From NCBI GenBank assembly GCA_947624855.1, contig CANQMC010000001.1, positions 1 to 32,874 of the forward strand: DNA of 32,874 nt. The letters run 5' to 3'. The DNA comes from an uncultured Bacilli bacterium. Its GTDB lineage: Bacteria; Bacillota_I; Bacilli_A; RF39; UBA660. The first letter of the stretch is position 1; every line of letters starts with the position of its first letter. Of this stretch, positions 9,656-20,089 are shown piece by piece. Both the position numbers and the translations under genes were made by a program. The notes under the pieces are model-generated. The model had not been told where the DNA came from, ran no database searches, and saw only the letters and a program-made list of their open reading frames with translations.

Positions 9656-11097
9656 TTAAGTTGGTATATAAGGATTACTACTTGTTCCTGGTGTTTCTCC
9701 TGGTTTTTCTGTTGTAAACGTTACATCAGCCTTTAAATTTATGACAGGGCGCACACCAAGAGCGCTGTTCACGCCGTTGTTGTTGCTGAGGTAGCCACTC
9801 GAATACACGCCGAACACGATAGCATAGCTGCCGAAAAAGTAAGACGGAGACATGTCCAATAGTATTCTCCTGTATATAAATAATAATTTTTATTATTAGT
9901 GTTATATTTTCCTCCGGCAAATGCTACTTCATCTGCTGTTATTAATCCTATCGGATATTTTAATTTTCCATTCCCTTCATTCCCATCTCCTGGGGTTGTA
10001 TACAAGTCATTATCTTTATATTTACATTTTAAATCTGGTGTCTTGTTTGTATAATTTCTATTATATGCTCCATAATATGTTACTTGTGTTCCATAGCCTC
10101 CTGTTTTAGCATATGTACCTGTTTCACTTGTACTACTTGATCTATCTCCACAAAATCCTGATGTATAACTTATGTGTTCTGTTTCATCTGATAAATTTTT
10201 ATTATACCAATCATCTATTACTCCTTTTATTGTACTATTAGAATTATTAGAATGTGCACTTGCCCAACTGCCTGCACTTGTTGCTCCATACATATACCCT
10301 ACATATGCATTATCACCAGATGATTCATTAAACTTGCTAGTACTTATTTGGGTTCCTGTTCCTGTAGTATTTGGTGCAGCAGGTCCAGTTCCAGCATATA
10401 TCATTCGAACTGAACCATCGCCATTAATACGTATTATTCGCCACCATATATCTTGACTTTTTGTTTTATCTTGCCCAAACTTTACCCAGTTATCTGTTGG
10501 GTTACCTGCAAAGTAATGTACTTCTCCAAAATCATCATATTGACTTGCATCTGCTGATTTATATATTACTCCTGTTGTATCTCCTGTTATTGTAGTATTA
10601 AATGTACCATTTTCTCTTGTTCTTACTGTTGTATGATCTGCTAGTATTTTATCTTTTGCTGTTTCTTTTATATCTAAATATATATAACATCTTGTTCCTT
10701 TTTTATTTACTCCTATATATACTTTTCCTTCTTTATATTCCATTGGTATATCTTTAGCTATTTCATCTTTTGTTCCATTATCTACTGTACAATATGAATT
10801 GGTTGTATTTAATGTATATCCACTTGCTGGTACATCTGTTTTTGTTTCATAACAAGTATCTTTATCTGTACATCCTTTTTGATTTTGTAAATTAATTGCC
10901 ATTAAATTTAAATCTGCTTTTCTTATTCTTACTTCTCCTTCTGCAAAAGGTATTATTTGTTCATATGTATAATTAGCTTTACTTCCTTTTAATATTATTA
11001 CACTTCCTATGGCTACTATTACTACTAATCCTATAAATACTTTTTTAAAATTAAATCCTTTTCTTAGTGTCTCAAACTTAATACCTGTATCTTTCAT
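9656..11097 (-). pseudogene. Membrane-anchored surface protein (about 480 aa if restored) with a C-terminal DUF1566/C-type-lectin-like module, split by a 1-nt frameshift near 9851-9858
   Basis: The 442-aa ORF (9769-11097) has an N-terminal TM anchor (VFIGLVVIVAIGSVIIL) and a Gly/Thr/Tyr/Asn-rich ectodomain (WWRIIRINGDGSVRMIY...ITADEVAFAGG...YYLYTGEYYW). After ...EYYWT it decays into a nonsense tail (CLRLTFSAAMLSC...). The 67-aa ORF in the adjacent frame (9656-9859) continues with MSPSYFFGSYAIVFGVYSSGYLSNNNGVNSALGVRPVINLK, completing the YW.(S/T)..(A).V.F..G......VR.V motif typical of DUF1566-type lectin folds. Confidence 0.7.
9743..9853 (-). other. Candidate DGR variable region: GC-rich, A-poor, NNC-rich patch
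   Basis: Hand count over 37 codons (ATG TCT CCG ... CGC CCT GTC): G+C 60/111, A 18/111, and 19 of 37 codons are NNC (GGC x5, AGC x4, AAC x4, TAC x2, TTC x2, ATC, CTC, CGC, GTC). Flanking codons of the same gene are almost all NNT/NNA. No template repeat or reverse transcriptase is present in this window. Confidence 0.45.
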
Positions 11098-11271
11098 ATT
11101 CTTTTCTCCAATCTATGTGATAATTATCTACTATCAATTATGTTAGATTTTTATCATTTATAATTAAATTATAAATTATGCAAGTTTAATTGTCAATACA
11201 AAACGTTTCATTTCTGAGACAAATGTTTTAGATTTATAAAAATAATGAGAGAATATACTTGGTGATTTACA

Positions 11272-11748
11272 ATGTATTATGGAACTTTATTAAAAGAACT
11301 AAGAATTAAAAATGATTTAACTCAAGCTGATATAGCAAATATTTTAAAAATATCCCCTAAAACATATAATCATTATGAAGTAATGGAAAATATAATTCCT
11401 TTAAAACATTTAAATACTTTATGTAATTATTATAATATATCTATCGATTATTTATTTGGTTTTACTAAAACTAAAAAATATAATTTTACAAATACTAATA
11501 TTGATATAAATATAATAAGTGAAAGATTAAAAAGTTATCGTAAAGAAAATAAAATATCTCAAGAAGATATTGCCATTTTATTAAATACTAATCGATCAGT
11601 TATAGCTAATTATGAACGAAAAAGAACTTTAATATCGACATCATGTCTTTATGTATTATGTGATAAATATTTTATATCAGCCGATTATATATTAGGAAGA
11701 ATAGATAAAAAAATAACATTCAAAAAAAAAGATAAAAAAACTAAATAA
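11272..11748 (+). CDS. XRE-family transcriptional regulator with two tandem HTH_3 domains
   Basis: Two HTH units: LTQADIANILKISPKTYNHYE...IDYLFG and ISQEDIAILLNTNRSVIANYE...ADYILG. It is divergent from the surface-protein gene. Confidence 0.8.
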   Translation: MYYGTLLKELRIKNDLTQADIANILKISPKTYNHYEVMENIIPLKHLNTLCNYYNISIDYLFGFTKTKKYNFTNTNIDINIISERLKSYRKENKISQEDIAILLNTNRSVIANYERKRTLISTSCLYVLCDKYFISADYILGRIDKKITFKKKDKKTK

Positions 11749-11763
11749 TAATATTTTATCTTT
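11728..11763. terminator. Bidirectional hairpin between convergent genes
   Basis: A perfect 10-bp stem, AAAGATAAAA (11728-11737) with TTTTATCTTT (11754-11763), flanked by A-runs and T-runs. It overlaps the 3' ends of both convergent CDSs. Confidence 0.5.
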
Positions 11764-11765
11764 TT

Positions 11766-12575
11766 TTATCTAGATTCATAAATTCTATTTTTTATAGAAG
11801 CTAATAAATTTAACATATCTAAAGCAAATTCTCTAATTTCTCCTGAAACATTTTCACTATATAATAAATATTCAAAATCTGGATAAATTAAATTTAAAGT
11901 TTCTTCATCACATATAGTTATTTTACTTAAAACATTAAACATTTCAATAATCATTTTACTATAAGTATCAGAATCTCTTTTAAAATCACTTGGACATTTA
12001 GTTAAATATTCTATTGATAATCTACTTTCATAAGCAAGTATTGCAATATCTACATATTTAGAACCTAAAAAATAATCATTTCGATAATTAGCACATTCAA
12101 GTTCAATTATATCTGGTTCTAAACCATTTAAAAAATTATATTCCAAATCAACATTTGTATAATACAAATAATATTTATAACTAAGTAATTTTTCTTTTAC
12201 TTGTTCATTATTTTCATTATTTAATAATTCATTTATTAAACTTAAATTTATTTTAGCAATATCAAAACGAAGAATATCAGCATATTCTATTGCATCTTCC
12301 CCAATCGTATTATAAAGTGTATTTGATATTCTATCATAAACATCACTATCTATATATTTTTTTCTTTTTTTTATATATCCAATAGCTTTTTCTATTAAAT
12401 TTTTATTTGCTAATTCTATTAAAAGTCTTTTTTCTCTATTTAAAAATTCTTTAACTGGTCCTAAATATAATCTATAATCTATATCATTATTTATAGCTTC
12501 CATATAAGCTAAATTGATATAAAAATCTTTTATAATAGCACAAGTTTCAATTAAATCATTTATTATACGTTCCAT
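11766..12575 (-). CDS. Hypothetical helical protein (269 aa) encoded immediately downstream of rpoC
   Basis: Long ORF. Start trimmed to the ATG at 12575 (MERIINDL), preceded by GGGGGA. No terminator hairpin is visible in the roughly 50 nt between the rpoC stop and this start. I recognise no family. Confidence 0.6.
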   Translation of the reverse strand: MERIINDLIETCAIIKDFYINLAYMEAINNDIDYRLYLGPVKEFLNREKRLLIELANKNLIEKAIGYIKKRKKYIDSDVYDRISNTLYNTIGEDAIEYADILRFDIAKINLSLINELLNNENNEQVKEKLLSYKYYLYYTNVDLEYNFLNGLEPDIIELECANYRNDYFLGSKYVDIAILAYESRLSIEYLTKCPSDFKRDSDTYSKMIIEMFNVLSKITICDEETLNLIYPDFEYLLYSENVSGEIREFALDMLNLLASIKNRIYESR

Positions 12576-12627
12576 AAAATATCCCCCTATAAATAAATAT
12601 AACACAAATAAAAAAAGAAAGCTACTA

Positions 12628-15600
12628 TTATTCACTATCTTCTTTTAAATCTTCTAATATTTCTTGATCTTCATCATTATTTTTTATATCTTTAGCTTCT
12701 TCATTTTGAGGTTGTTCTTCTTTTTTAGTTGGATTACCATCTTCATCTAAAAGTTGTTCTTCTAAGAATTCACTAGGTTCATCATCCATAAATTCTTTTT
12801 CTAAATATATATCGATATCACTATATTCTTTAGCACCAGTTCCGGCTGGAATAAGTTTACCAATAATAACATTTTCTTTTAGACCTCTTAAGTAATCAAC
12901 TTTACCTTTAATCGCAGCATCTGTTAATACTCTTGTTGTTTCTTGGAATGAAGCTGCTGATAAATAACTATCTGTTTCTAATGAAGATTTAGTTATACCA
13001 AGCATAATTGGTCTACCTGTTGCTGGTACTCCTCCTTTTAAGATTACTGGTTTATTACCTTCAGTAAATTCATGTAATGAAACAGTTAAACCTTCAACAA
13101 AATCTGTATCTCCAGCATCAATAATTCTAACTTTATTGATCATTCTCTTAACAATAATTTCAATATGTTTATCGTTAATATCAACACCTTGTAATTTATA
13201 AACTGCTTGGATTTCTCTTAAAATATATTCTTGAGCTGTAAGTGGATCTGTAACAGCTAATAATTCTTTAGGAGCTATAGAACCTTCTGTTAATTTTTCA
13301 CCAGCTTGAACTGTATCTCCAACTTCCACTCTAAGTTTAGTATTATAATTAGTTATATGTTCTCTAATACCTGCTTCATTTTCCACAACAACTTTATGTT
13401 TACCACCTAAATCTTCAATAGCAATAACTTTACCATTAATTTCTGATACTGTAGCCTTATATTTAGGAGTACGAGCTTCAAATAATTCTTCAACCCGAGG
13501 TAAACCTTGAGTAATATCATCGCCACCAGCAACTCCACCGGTATGGAATGTTCGCATTGTAAGTTGAGTACCAGGTTCTCCAATAGATTGAGCAGCCATA
13601 ATACCTACAGCTTCACCTGTTTCAACTAAATTACCTGTAGCTAAGTTCCGTCCATAACATTTTTGACAAACCCCATTTTGAGTTTTACATGTTAAGACAC
13701 TTCTTATTTCTACTTTTTTAACCCCAGCATTAACTATTTTAGTAGCAATGTTTTCAGTAATTAATTCATCTTTATCAACTATAACTTCTTTAGTTTCAGG
13801 ATGAAGTACTTTTTTAGCAGTATATCTACCTAAAATTCTTTCAGATAAACTTTCTATCATCGCGCCATCTTTATCATTAACTAAATCGTATACTTCAACT
13901 CCAGCGATAGAACCACAATCAAATTCTTTAACAATAATATCTTGAGCAACATCAACTAATCTTCTGGTTAAATATCCGGAATCGGCTGTTCTTAAAGCGG
14001 TATCAGCTGAACCTTTTCTTGAACCATGAGTTGATAAGAAGAATTCGGATACATCTAATCCTTCAATAAAACATGAAGTAATTGGAATTTCAACAGTCGA
14101 ACCATCAGGTTTAGCCATTAAACCTCTCATACCTGCAAGTTGAGTAAAGTTTGAAATTGAACCACGAGCATTAGAGTTCATCATCATAAATATAGGATTA
14201 TCAAAATCATTGGCCGATAAAGCTTGTAATTCTTTTTTAATTTCATCATTAGCTTCTGTCCATATTTCAATAACACTGTTATAACGTTCTTCATCGGTAA
14301 TTAAGCCTCTTTTAAATTGTTTATTAACCTTTTCAACTTTTTCTTTAGCTTTATCAATAATATCTTGTTTATGTTCACTTCTTACGATATCTGATACTGA
14401 TACTGTAATACCCGCAACCGTAGAATATTTAAAACCTAAATCTTTTAATTTATCAAGCATTATTGAAGTTTCAGTAGTTTTATATCTTTTAAATACTTGA
14501 GCAATTATCCATTCTAAAGTTTTTTTAACAAATGGTTTAGATAATTCCATTTTAGCTATTTCTTTTGGAATATTTTTACCCATTTCAATAAAGAATTTAT
14601 TTGGAGTTATACCTTCAATATTATCTTTAGTTCCTTCATTAATAAATGGGAAAGAATCAGGTAATATTTCATTAAATATTATTTTACCAACTGTTGTAAC
14701 TAAATATTTATCATGTTGTTCTTCTGTAAATAATTTATGGGTAAAAGATCTAACTGGTAAAGCAATTCTAGTATGTAAAGTTACTTCTCTTCTTTCATAA
14801 GCCATTAAAGCTTCACTTGGACTTTTAAATACTCGTCCTTCGTTTTCTTCACCAGCTTTCTCAATTGTTAAGTAACAATTACCAAGCACCATATCTTGGG
14901 ATGGTGTAACAATTGGTTTTCCATCTTTAGGATTTAAAATATTACTTGCTGATAACATTAAAATTCTAGCTTCGGCTTTAGCTTCTTCAGATAAAGGAAT
15001 ATGAACAGCCATTTGATCTCCATCGAAATCGGCATTAAATCCTGTACAAACTAAAGGGTGTAATCTAATAGCTTTTCCTCCAACTAATTTTGGTTCAAAA
15101 GCTTGAATACCAAGTCTATGTAAAGTTGGGGCTCTGTTAAGCAAAACTGGATGTTCTGTAATTACATCTTCCACTATATCCCAAACACATTCATCTCTAG
15201 TATCTATTAATTTTTTAGCTCCTTTAATATTATGAGCTAAACCTCTTTCTACTAAACCATGAATAACATGAGGTTTAAATAACTCTAAAGCCATTTCTTT
15301 AGGAATACCACATTGATACATTTTTAAATTTGGTCCTACAACGATAACTGAACGACCAGAGTAATCTACTCTTTTACCAAGTAAATTTTGACGGAAACGA
15401 CCTTGTTTACCTTTTAACATACTAGATAAACTTTTAAGTGGTCTATTTCCGGCAGCAGTAATACTACGACCTCTACGACCATTATCAAATAAGCTATCAA
15501 CTGCTTCTTGAAGCATTCTTTTTTCATTTTGAACAATAATAGTAGGTGCTCCAAGTTCTAATAACTTTCTTAAACGATTATTTCGATTAATAATTCGACG

Positions 15601-16374
15601 ATATAAATCATTTAAATCACTAGTAGCAAACCGACCACCATCAAGTTGAATCATTGGTCTAAGTTCTGGTGGAATTACTGGTAAAACATCTAATATCATC
15701 CATTCTGGTTTATTACCAGATTCTTGAAAAGCTACTAAACAATCAAGTCTTTTAACTAAACGTATTCTTTTTTGACCAGTAGCATTTTCAAGTTCTCCTC
15801 TAAGAGTTTCTACTTCTTTATCAATATCCACATTTTGTAATAATTCTTTAATAGCTTCGGCACCCATACCTACTTTAAATGAGTTACCATATTTTTCATA
15901 ATATGCTCGATATTCTCTGTCAGATAAAGTTTGTTTTTTCTCTAAAGGAGCATTTCCTGGGTCAATTACTACATAACTAACAAAATATAATACTTCTTCT
16001 AAATCTCTAGGTGACATATCTAAAACTAATCCCATTTTAGATGGTACACCTTTAAAGAACCAAATATGAGAGCAAGGAGCAGCAAGTTCAATATGACCCA
16101 TTCTCTCCCGTCTAACTCTTGATTTAGTTACTTCTACTCCACATCTATCACATATTACATTTTTATATCTAAGTCTTTTATACTTTCCACATGAACATTC
16201 ATAATCTTTAGTAGGTCCAAAGATTTTTTCACAGAATAGTCCACCTCTTTCGGGTTTTAAAGTTCTATAATTGATAGTTTCAGGCTTTTCAACCTCACCA
16301 TAAGACCAACTTCTAATTTTCTCAGGTGATGCAATTCCTATCTTAATTCCTTTAAAATTATTAACATCTATCAT
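12628..16374 (-). CDS. rpoC: DNA-directed RNA polymerase subunit beta prime
   Basis: Unmistakable RpoC: zinc-binding CSCGKY...CDRCGVEV and catalytic [12 protein letters not shown]. The 1248-aa protein starts 2 nt after the rpoB stop. Confidence 0.98.
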   Translation of the reverse strand: MIDVNNFKGIKIGIASPEKIRSWSYGEVEKPETINYRTLKPERGGLFCEKIFGPTKDYECSCGKYKRLRYKNVICDRCGVEVTKSRVRRERMGHIELAAPCSHIWFFKGVPSKMGLVLDMSPRDLEEVLYFVSYVVIDPGNAPLEKKQTLSDREYRAYYEKYGNSFKVGMGAEAIKELLQNVDIDKEVETLRGELENATGQKRIRLVKRLDCLVAFQESGNKPEWMILDVLPVIPPELRPMIQLDGGRFATSDLNDLYRRIINRNNRLRKLLELGAPTIIVQNEKRMLQEAVDSLFDNGRRGRSITAAGNRPLKSLSSMLKGKQGRFRQNLLGKRVDYSGRSVIVVGPNLKMYQCGIPKEMALELFKPHVIHGLVERGLAHNIKGAKKLIDTRDECVWDIVEDVITEHPVLLNRAPTLHRLGIQAFEPKLVGGKAIRLHPLVCTGFNADFDGDQMAVHIPLSEEAKAEARILMLSASNILNPKDGKPIVTPSQDMVLGNCYLTIEKAGEENEGRVFKSPSEALMAYERREVTLHTRIALPVRSFTHKLFTEEQHDKYLVTTVGKIIFNEILPDSFPFINEGTKDNIEGITPNKFFIEMGKNIPKEIAKMELSKPFVKKTLEWIIAQVFKRYKTTETSIMLDKLKDLGFKYSTVAGITVSVSDIVRSEHKQDIIDKAKEKVEKVNKQFKRGLITDEERYNSVIEIWTEANDEIKKELQALSANDFDNPIFMMMNSNARGSISNFTQLAGMRGLMAKPDGSTVEIPITSCFIEGLDVSEFFLSTHGSRKGSADTALRTADSGYLTRRLVDVAQDIIVKEFDCGSIAGVEVYDLVNDKDGAMIESLSERILGRYTAKKVLHPETKEVIVDKDELITENIATKIVNAGVKKVEIRSVLTCKTQNGVCQKCYGRNLATGNLVETGEAVGIMAAQSIGEPGTQLTMRTFHTGGVAGGDDITQGLPRVEELFEARTPKYKATVSEINGKVIAIEDLGGKHKVVVENEAGIREHITNYNTKLRVEVGDTVQAGEKLTEGSIAPKELLAVTDPLTAQEYILREIQAVYKLQGVDINDKHIEIIVKRMINKVRIIDAGDTDFVEGLTVSLHEFTEGNKPVILKGGVPATGRPIMLGITKSSLETDSYLSAASFQETTRVLTDAAIKGKVDYLRGLKENVIIGKLIPAGTGAKEYSDIDIYLEKEFMDDEPSEFLEEQLLDEDGNPTKKEEQPQNEEAKDIKNNDEDQEILEDLKEDSE

Positions 16375-16376
16375 TA

Positions 16377-19300
16377 TTACACCTCTTCCCCAATATCTTC
16401 GTCATCGATCTCTTCATCATCTATTTCTTCATATTCATCATCATCGTCATCATCAAAATCGTCATTAAAATTTTCTTTTTCTTCTTTTTTAATTTCAATT
16501 TCACCATCACGAATTGTTGCTTCTGCATCTATTTCTTCAATTTTTAAAGTATCTTCTTTTTCTTCCTCTTCTTCAAGTTCTTTAAATTCTACTACATTAT
16601 CATCATTATCAATAATTTGCATATCTAAACCTAAAGCTTGGAATTCTTTAATTAATACTCTAAATGATTCAGGAACACCAGCTTGATTTACCGTTTTACC
16701 TTTAACTAAAGCTTCATAAACCTTAACCCGTCCAATAATATCATCGGCTTTAACCGTTAAGATTTCTTGTAAAACATGCGCAGCTCCATAAGCATATAAA
16801 GCCCAAACTTCCATTTCTCCAAAACGTTGACCACCAAATTGAGCTTTTCCTCCAAGAGGTTGTTGAGTAACTAAAGAATAAGGACCGGTCGCTCTAGCAT
16901 GTAATTTATCATCAACCATATGGTGTAATTTAAGCATATACATAACTCCAACACTAATACGATTATCAAAAGGTTCTCCTGTCCGTCCATTATATAGAAC
17001 AGTTTTACCATCTGCTTCCATACCAGCTGCTTTCATTTCTTCTTGAATATCTTCCCAAGTTGCACTGTCAAATACTGGTGTAGCATAATGACAACCTTGA
17101 AGTTTTCCTGCCATACCTAAATGTAATTCTAAAATTTGACCAATATTCATCCGCGAAGGAACTCCAAGAGGATTAAGCATTACATCAACTGGTTTACCAT
17201 TAGGCATATAAGGCATATCTTCTTCTGGTAATACTAAAGAAATAACCCCTTTATTACCATGTCTACCAGACATTTTATCTCCAACTTGAATTTTTCTTTT
17301 TTGAATAATATAAACTCTTATAACTTTAGAAACACCAGCTGGAAGTTCATCAGAATTTTCTTTAGTATAAACTTTAACATCATGAACAATTCCGGCTGCA
17401 CCATGTTCCACTCTTAAAGAAGTATCTCTAACTTCTCTAGTTTTTTCACCAAATATTGCATGTAATAATTTTTCTTCACTAGTAAGTTCTTGAACTCCCT
17501 TAGGTGTTACTTTACCAACTAAGATATCTCCTTCTTTAACTTCTGTACCAATTCTTACAATACCACTAGAATCTAAGTTTTTCCGAGCTTCTTCACTTAC
17601 ATTTGGAATATCTCGCGTAATTTCTTCAGGTCCTAATTTAGTATCTCGACAATCTATATCATAATGATCTATATGTAAAGAAGTATAAACATCATCTTTA
17701 ACTAATCTTTCATTTAAGATAACGGCATCTTCATAATTGTATCCATTAAATGTCATGAAAGCAACAGTCATATTTTTACCTAAAGCAAGTTCACCTTTTT
17801 CAGTTGATGGTCCATCGGCAATTACTTCGCCACGATGAACTTTATCACCTTTTTTAACAATTGGATGATGATTTAAAGCAGTTGAAGCATTAGTTCTTTC
17901 AAAATCAGCTAAATAATAAGTATCTTTACCTTTAGCATTTTTAACAATAATTTTTTTACCATCAGCATATTGAACTACCCCATCAGCTTTACATACAACT
18001 GTAGAACCTGAATCTCTAGCTGCAATATATTCTACTCCAGTTCCAACAATTGGAGCTTCACTAGTTAAAAGTGGTACTGCTTGCCGTTGCATGTTTGCAC
18101 CCATTAAAGTTCTATTAGCATCATCATATTCTAGGAATGGAATACAACTTGTTGTAATTGCTACGATTTGACTTGGTGCCACATCAACAAAATTAACATT
18201 TTCCCTTTTAACCATAACATTATCGCCATTTAAACGACATAATATTTCATCATTTTCAATACGATTATTTTTATCTAATTTAACAGTAGCTTGAGAAATA
18301 TATAAATCATTTTCTTCATCGGCTGTCATATAAACAACTTCATCAGTTACAACTCCATCAATTACTTTTCGATAAGGAGTCATAATAAATCCATATTCAT
18401 TAATTTTAGCATAACCCGCTAGAGAAGTAATTAATCCTATATTTTGACCTTCTGGTGATTCAATAGGACAAATACGTCCATAATGGGATGCATTAACGTC
18501 ACGTACATCCATACCTGCTCGATCTCTAGATAAACCTCCAGGACCTAAGCTAGATAAACGTCTTTTATCTGTAAGTTCGGCAATCGGATTAATTTGATCC
18601 ATAAATTTTGATAATTGAGAAGAACCAAAAAATTCTTTTAAAGCCGCCGTAACTGGTCTAATATTAATTAAAGTCTTTGGAGTAACACTATCAAGTTCTT
18701 GAGTAGTCATTCTCTCTCGGATTACTCTTTCCATTCTAGTCATACCAGTTCTAAAAACATTTTGAATTAATTCTCCAACTTGACGTACCCTTCTATTACC
18801 TAAATTATCTATTTCATCTGTATTACCAATATTAGCATGTAAATTTAAATAATATGATACTGATGCATAAATATCTGGAATAGTAAGTCTTTTTACATCT
18901 ACTGATGAATCATTACCAATTATTTTAATTACTTTATCTGGATTTTCTTTATCATACACTAAAACATCTTGAATTTTATCATATTCATCAAGTTCTTCAT
19001 TAATAATTGTTTTATGTAAATTAAATCCATTTTGAAATATTGGTTTAATTAATTCTAAAACTTCTTTCGTAACAACTGTACCTTTACTCGCTACTACTTT
19101 CTTTCCATCTTTAATATCTTGAGCTAAAGTGCATCCTAAAAGACGGTCTAATATATTTAACTTTTTATTAAATTTATAACGACCTACTTTAGCTAAATCA
19201 TAACGGAATCTATCAAAGAAACGAGTAACTAATTGGTTTTTACTACTATCTAATGTTGCTGGTTCTCCTGGTCTTAATTTTTCATAAATTTCAATTAAAG

Positions 19301-19994
19301 CTTCTTCAGTATTCCTTGTATTATCTTTTTCAATAGTATTTACTAAATAATCATTTTCACCAAATACTTCAAAAATATCTTCATCACTTGATAAACCAAG
19401 CGCTCTTAAGAATGTGGTAATAGGAACTTTTCTTGTTCTATCAATTCTTACATACATGATATTTCGAGCATCTAATTCATACTCTAACCATGTTCCTTTA
19501 TTCGGAATAACTTCTCCTGAAATTATTCTTCTACCATTTTTATCTATTTCTCTTTTAAAATAAATAGATGGACTACGAACCAATTGAGATACAATAACTC
19601 TCTCGGCTCCATTAATAATAAAAGTTCCAGCTTCAGTCATTAAAGGCATATCCCCAAGGAATATTTCTTGTTCTTTAACTTCTCCTGTTTCGTGTATAAA
19701 CACTCTTGCTTGAACCTTTAAAGGCGCTGCATAGTTTACCATTCTCTCCTTAGCTTCTTTAATCGAATATCTAGGTTCTTCAAATTTGTAATCACCAAAT
19801 TCTAAAGATATATTACCAGTAAAGCTTTCAACTGGGAATAAATCTTCAAATATTTCTTTGATACCAAATTCTAAAAATTCTTGATAACTTTTCTTTTGAA
19901 TTTCAAGTAAATCTTGCAACTCCATAGTATTATGCGATCTTGAAAACGTTCTTCTTTGTCTATGATCGCCAAAATTTTCAACTTTATAAGCCAC
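16377..19994 (-). CDS. rpoB: DNA-directed RNA polymerase subunit beta
   Basis: Unmistakable RpoB: [32 protein letters not shown] (rifampicin-region homolog), NMQRQAVPL and [10 protein letters not shown]. Confidence 0.98.
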   Translation of the reverse strand: MAYKVENFGDHRQRRTFSRSHNTMELQDLLEIQKKSYQEFLEFGIKEIFEDLFPVESFTGNISLEFGDYKFEEPRYSIKEAKERMVNYAAPLKVQARVFIHETGEVKEQEIFLGDMPLMTEAGTFIINGAERVIVSQLVRSPSIYFKREIDKNGRRIISGEVIPNKGTWLEYELDARNIMYVRIDRTRKVPITTFLRALGLSSDEDIFEVFGENDYLVNTIEKDNTRNTEEALIEIYEKLRPGEPATLDSSKNQLVTRFFDRFRYDLAKVGRYKFNKKLNILDRLLGCTLAQDIKDGKKVVASKGTVVTKEVLELIKPIFQNGFNLHKTIINEELDEYDKIQDVLVYDKENPDKVIKIIGNDSSVDVKRLTIPDIYASVSYYLNLHANIGNTDEIDNLGNRRVRQVGELIQNVFRTGMTRMERVIRERMTTQELDSVTPKTLINIRPVTAALKEFFGSSQLSKFMDQINPIAELTDKRRLSSLGPGGLSRDRAGMDVRDVNASHYGRICPIESPEGQNIGLITSLAGYAKINEYGFIMTPYRKVIDGVVTDEVVYMTADEENDLYISQATVKLDKNNRIENDEILCRLNGDNVMVKRENVNFVDVAPSQIVAITTSCIPFLEYDDANRTLMGANMQRQAVPLLTSEAPIVGTGVEYIAARDSGSTVVCKADGVVQYADGKKIIVKNAKGKDTYYLADFERTNASTALNHHPIVKKGDKVHRGEVIADGPSTEKGELALGKNMTVAFMTFNGYNYEDAVILNERLVKDDVYTSLHIDHYDIDCRDTKLGPEEITRDIPNVSEEARKNLDSSGIVRIGTEVKEGDILVGKVTPKGVQELTSEEKLLHAIFGEKTREVRDTSLRVEHGAAGIVHDVKVYTKENSDELPAGVSKVIRVYIIQKRKIQVGDKMSGRHGNKGVISLVLPEEDMPYMPNGKPVDVMLNPLGVPSRMNIGQILELHLGMAGKLQGCHYATPVFDSATWEDIQEEMKAAGMEADGKTVLYNGRTGEPFDNRISVGVMYMLKLHHMVDDKLHARATGPYSLVTQQPLGGKAQFGGQRFGEMEVWALYAYGAAHVLQEILTVKADDIIGRVKVYEALVKGKTVNQAGVPESFRVLIKEFQALGLDMQIIDNDDNVVEFKELEEEEEKEDTLKIEEIDAEATIRDGEIEIKKEEKENFNDDFDDDDDDEYEEIDDEEIDDEDIGEEV

Positions 19995-20089
19995 GATTTC
20001 ACCCCAATATCTAAATTTTTTAGTGCTCTTTTAAAGAAAAAAACAAATATGTCACCAATATAAAATTTTAGCAATAAATTTAAGACATG

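Noticed and set aside
9523-9717. 64-aa plus-strand ORF
   Set aside because: It lies antisense to the glyQS T-box leader and promoter and to the 3' end of the surface-protein gene. The regulatory RNA explains this DNA better.
9769-9850. Cys/Ala/Thr-rich C-terminal tail of the 442-aa ORF (CLRLTFSAAMLSCSACIRVATSATTTA) as a genuine domain
   Set aside because: It is the out-of-frame reading of the GC-rich patch. The adjacent frame gives a family-typical lectin-fold motif instead.
9726-9920. 64-aa minus-strand ORF (MPEENITLII...QQQQRREQRSW...)
   Set aside because: It is the third reading frame across the frameshift and GC-rich patch, and it is open only because the patch lacks A/T-rich stop codons.
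9921-10456. Plus-strand ORFs 9921-10109 and 10172-10456
   Set aside because: They are antisense shadows of the surface-protein gene, with no SD and implausible composition.
9769-11097. Type IV pilin or pseudopilin interpretation of the N-terminal hydrophobic segment
   Set aside because: There is no G|F(T/S)LxE prepilin cleavage motif. The N-terminus looks like a plain signal-anchor.
19871-20074. 67-aa minus-strand ORF overlapping the rpoB start
   Set aside because: It is an alternative frame over the rpoB 5' end and upstream spacer, with no support.
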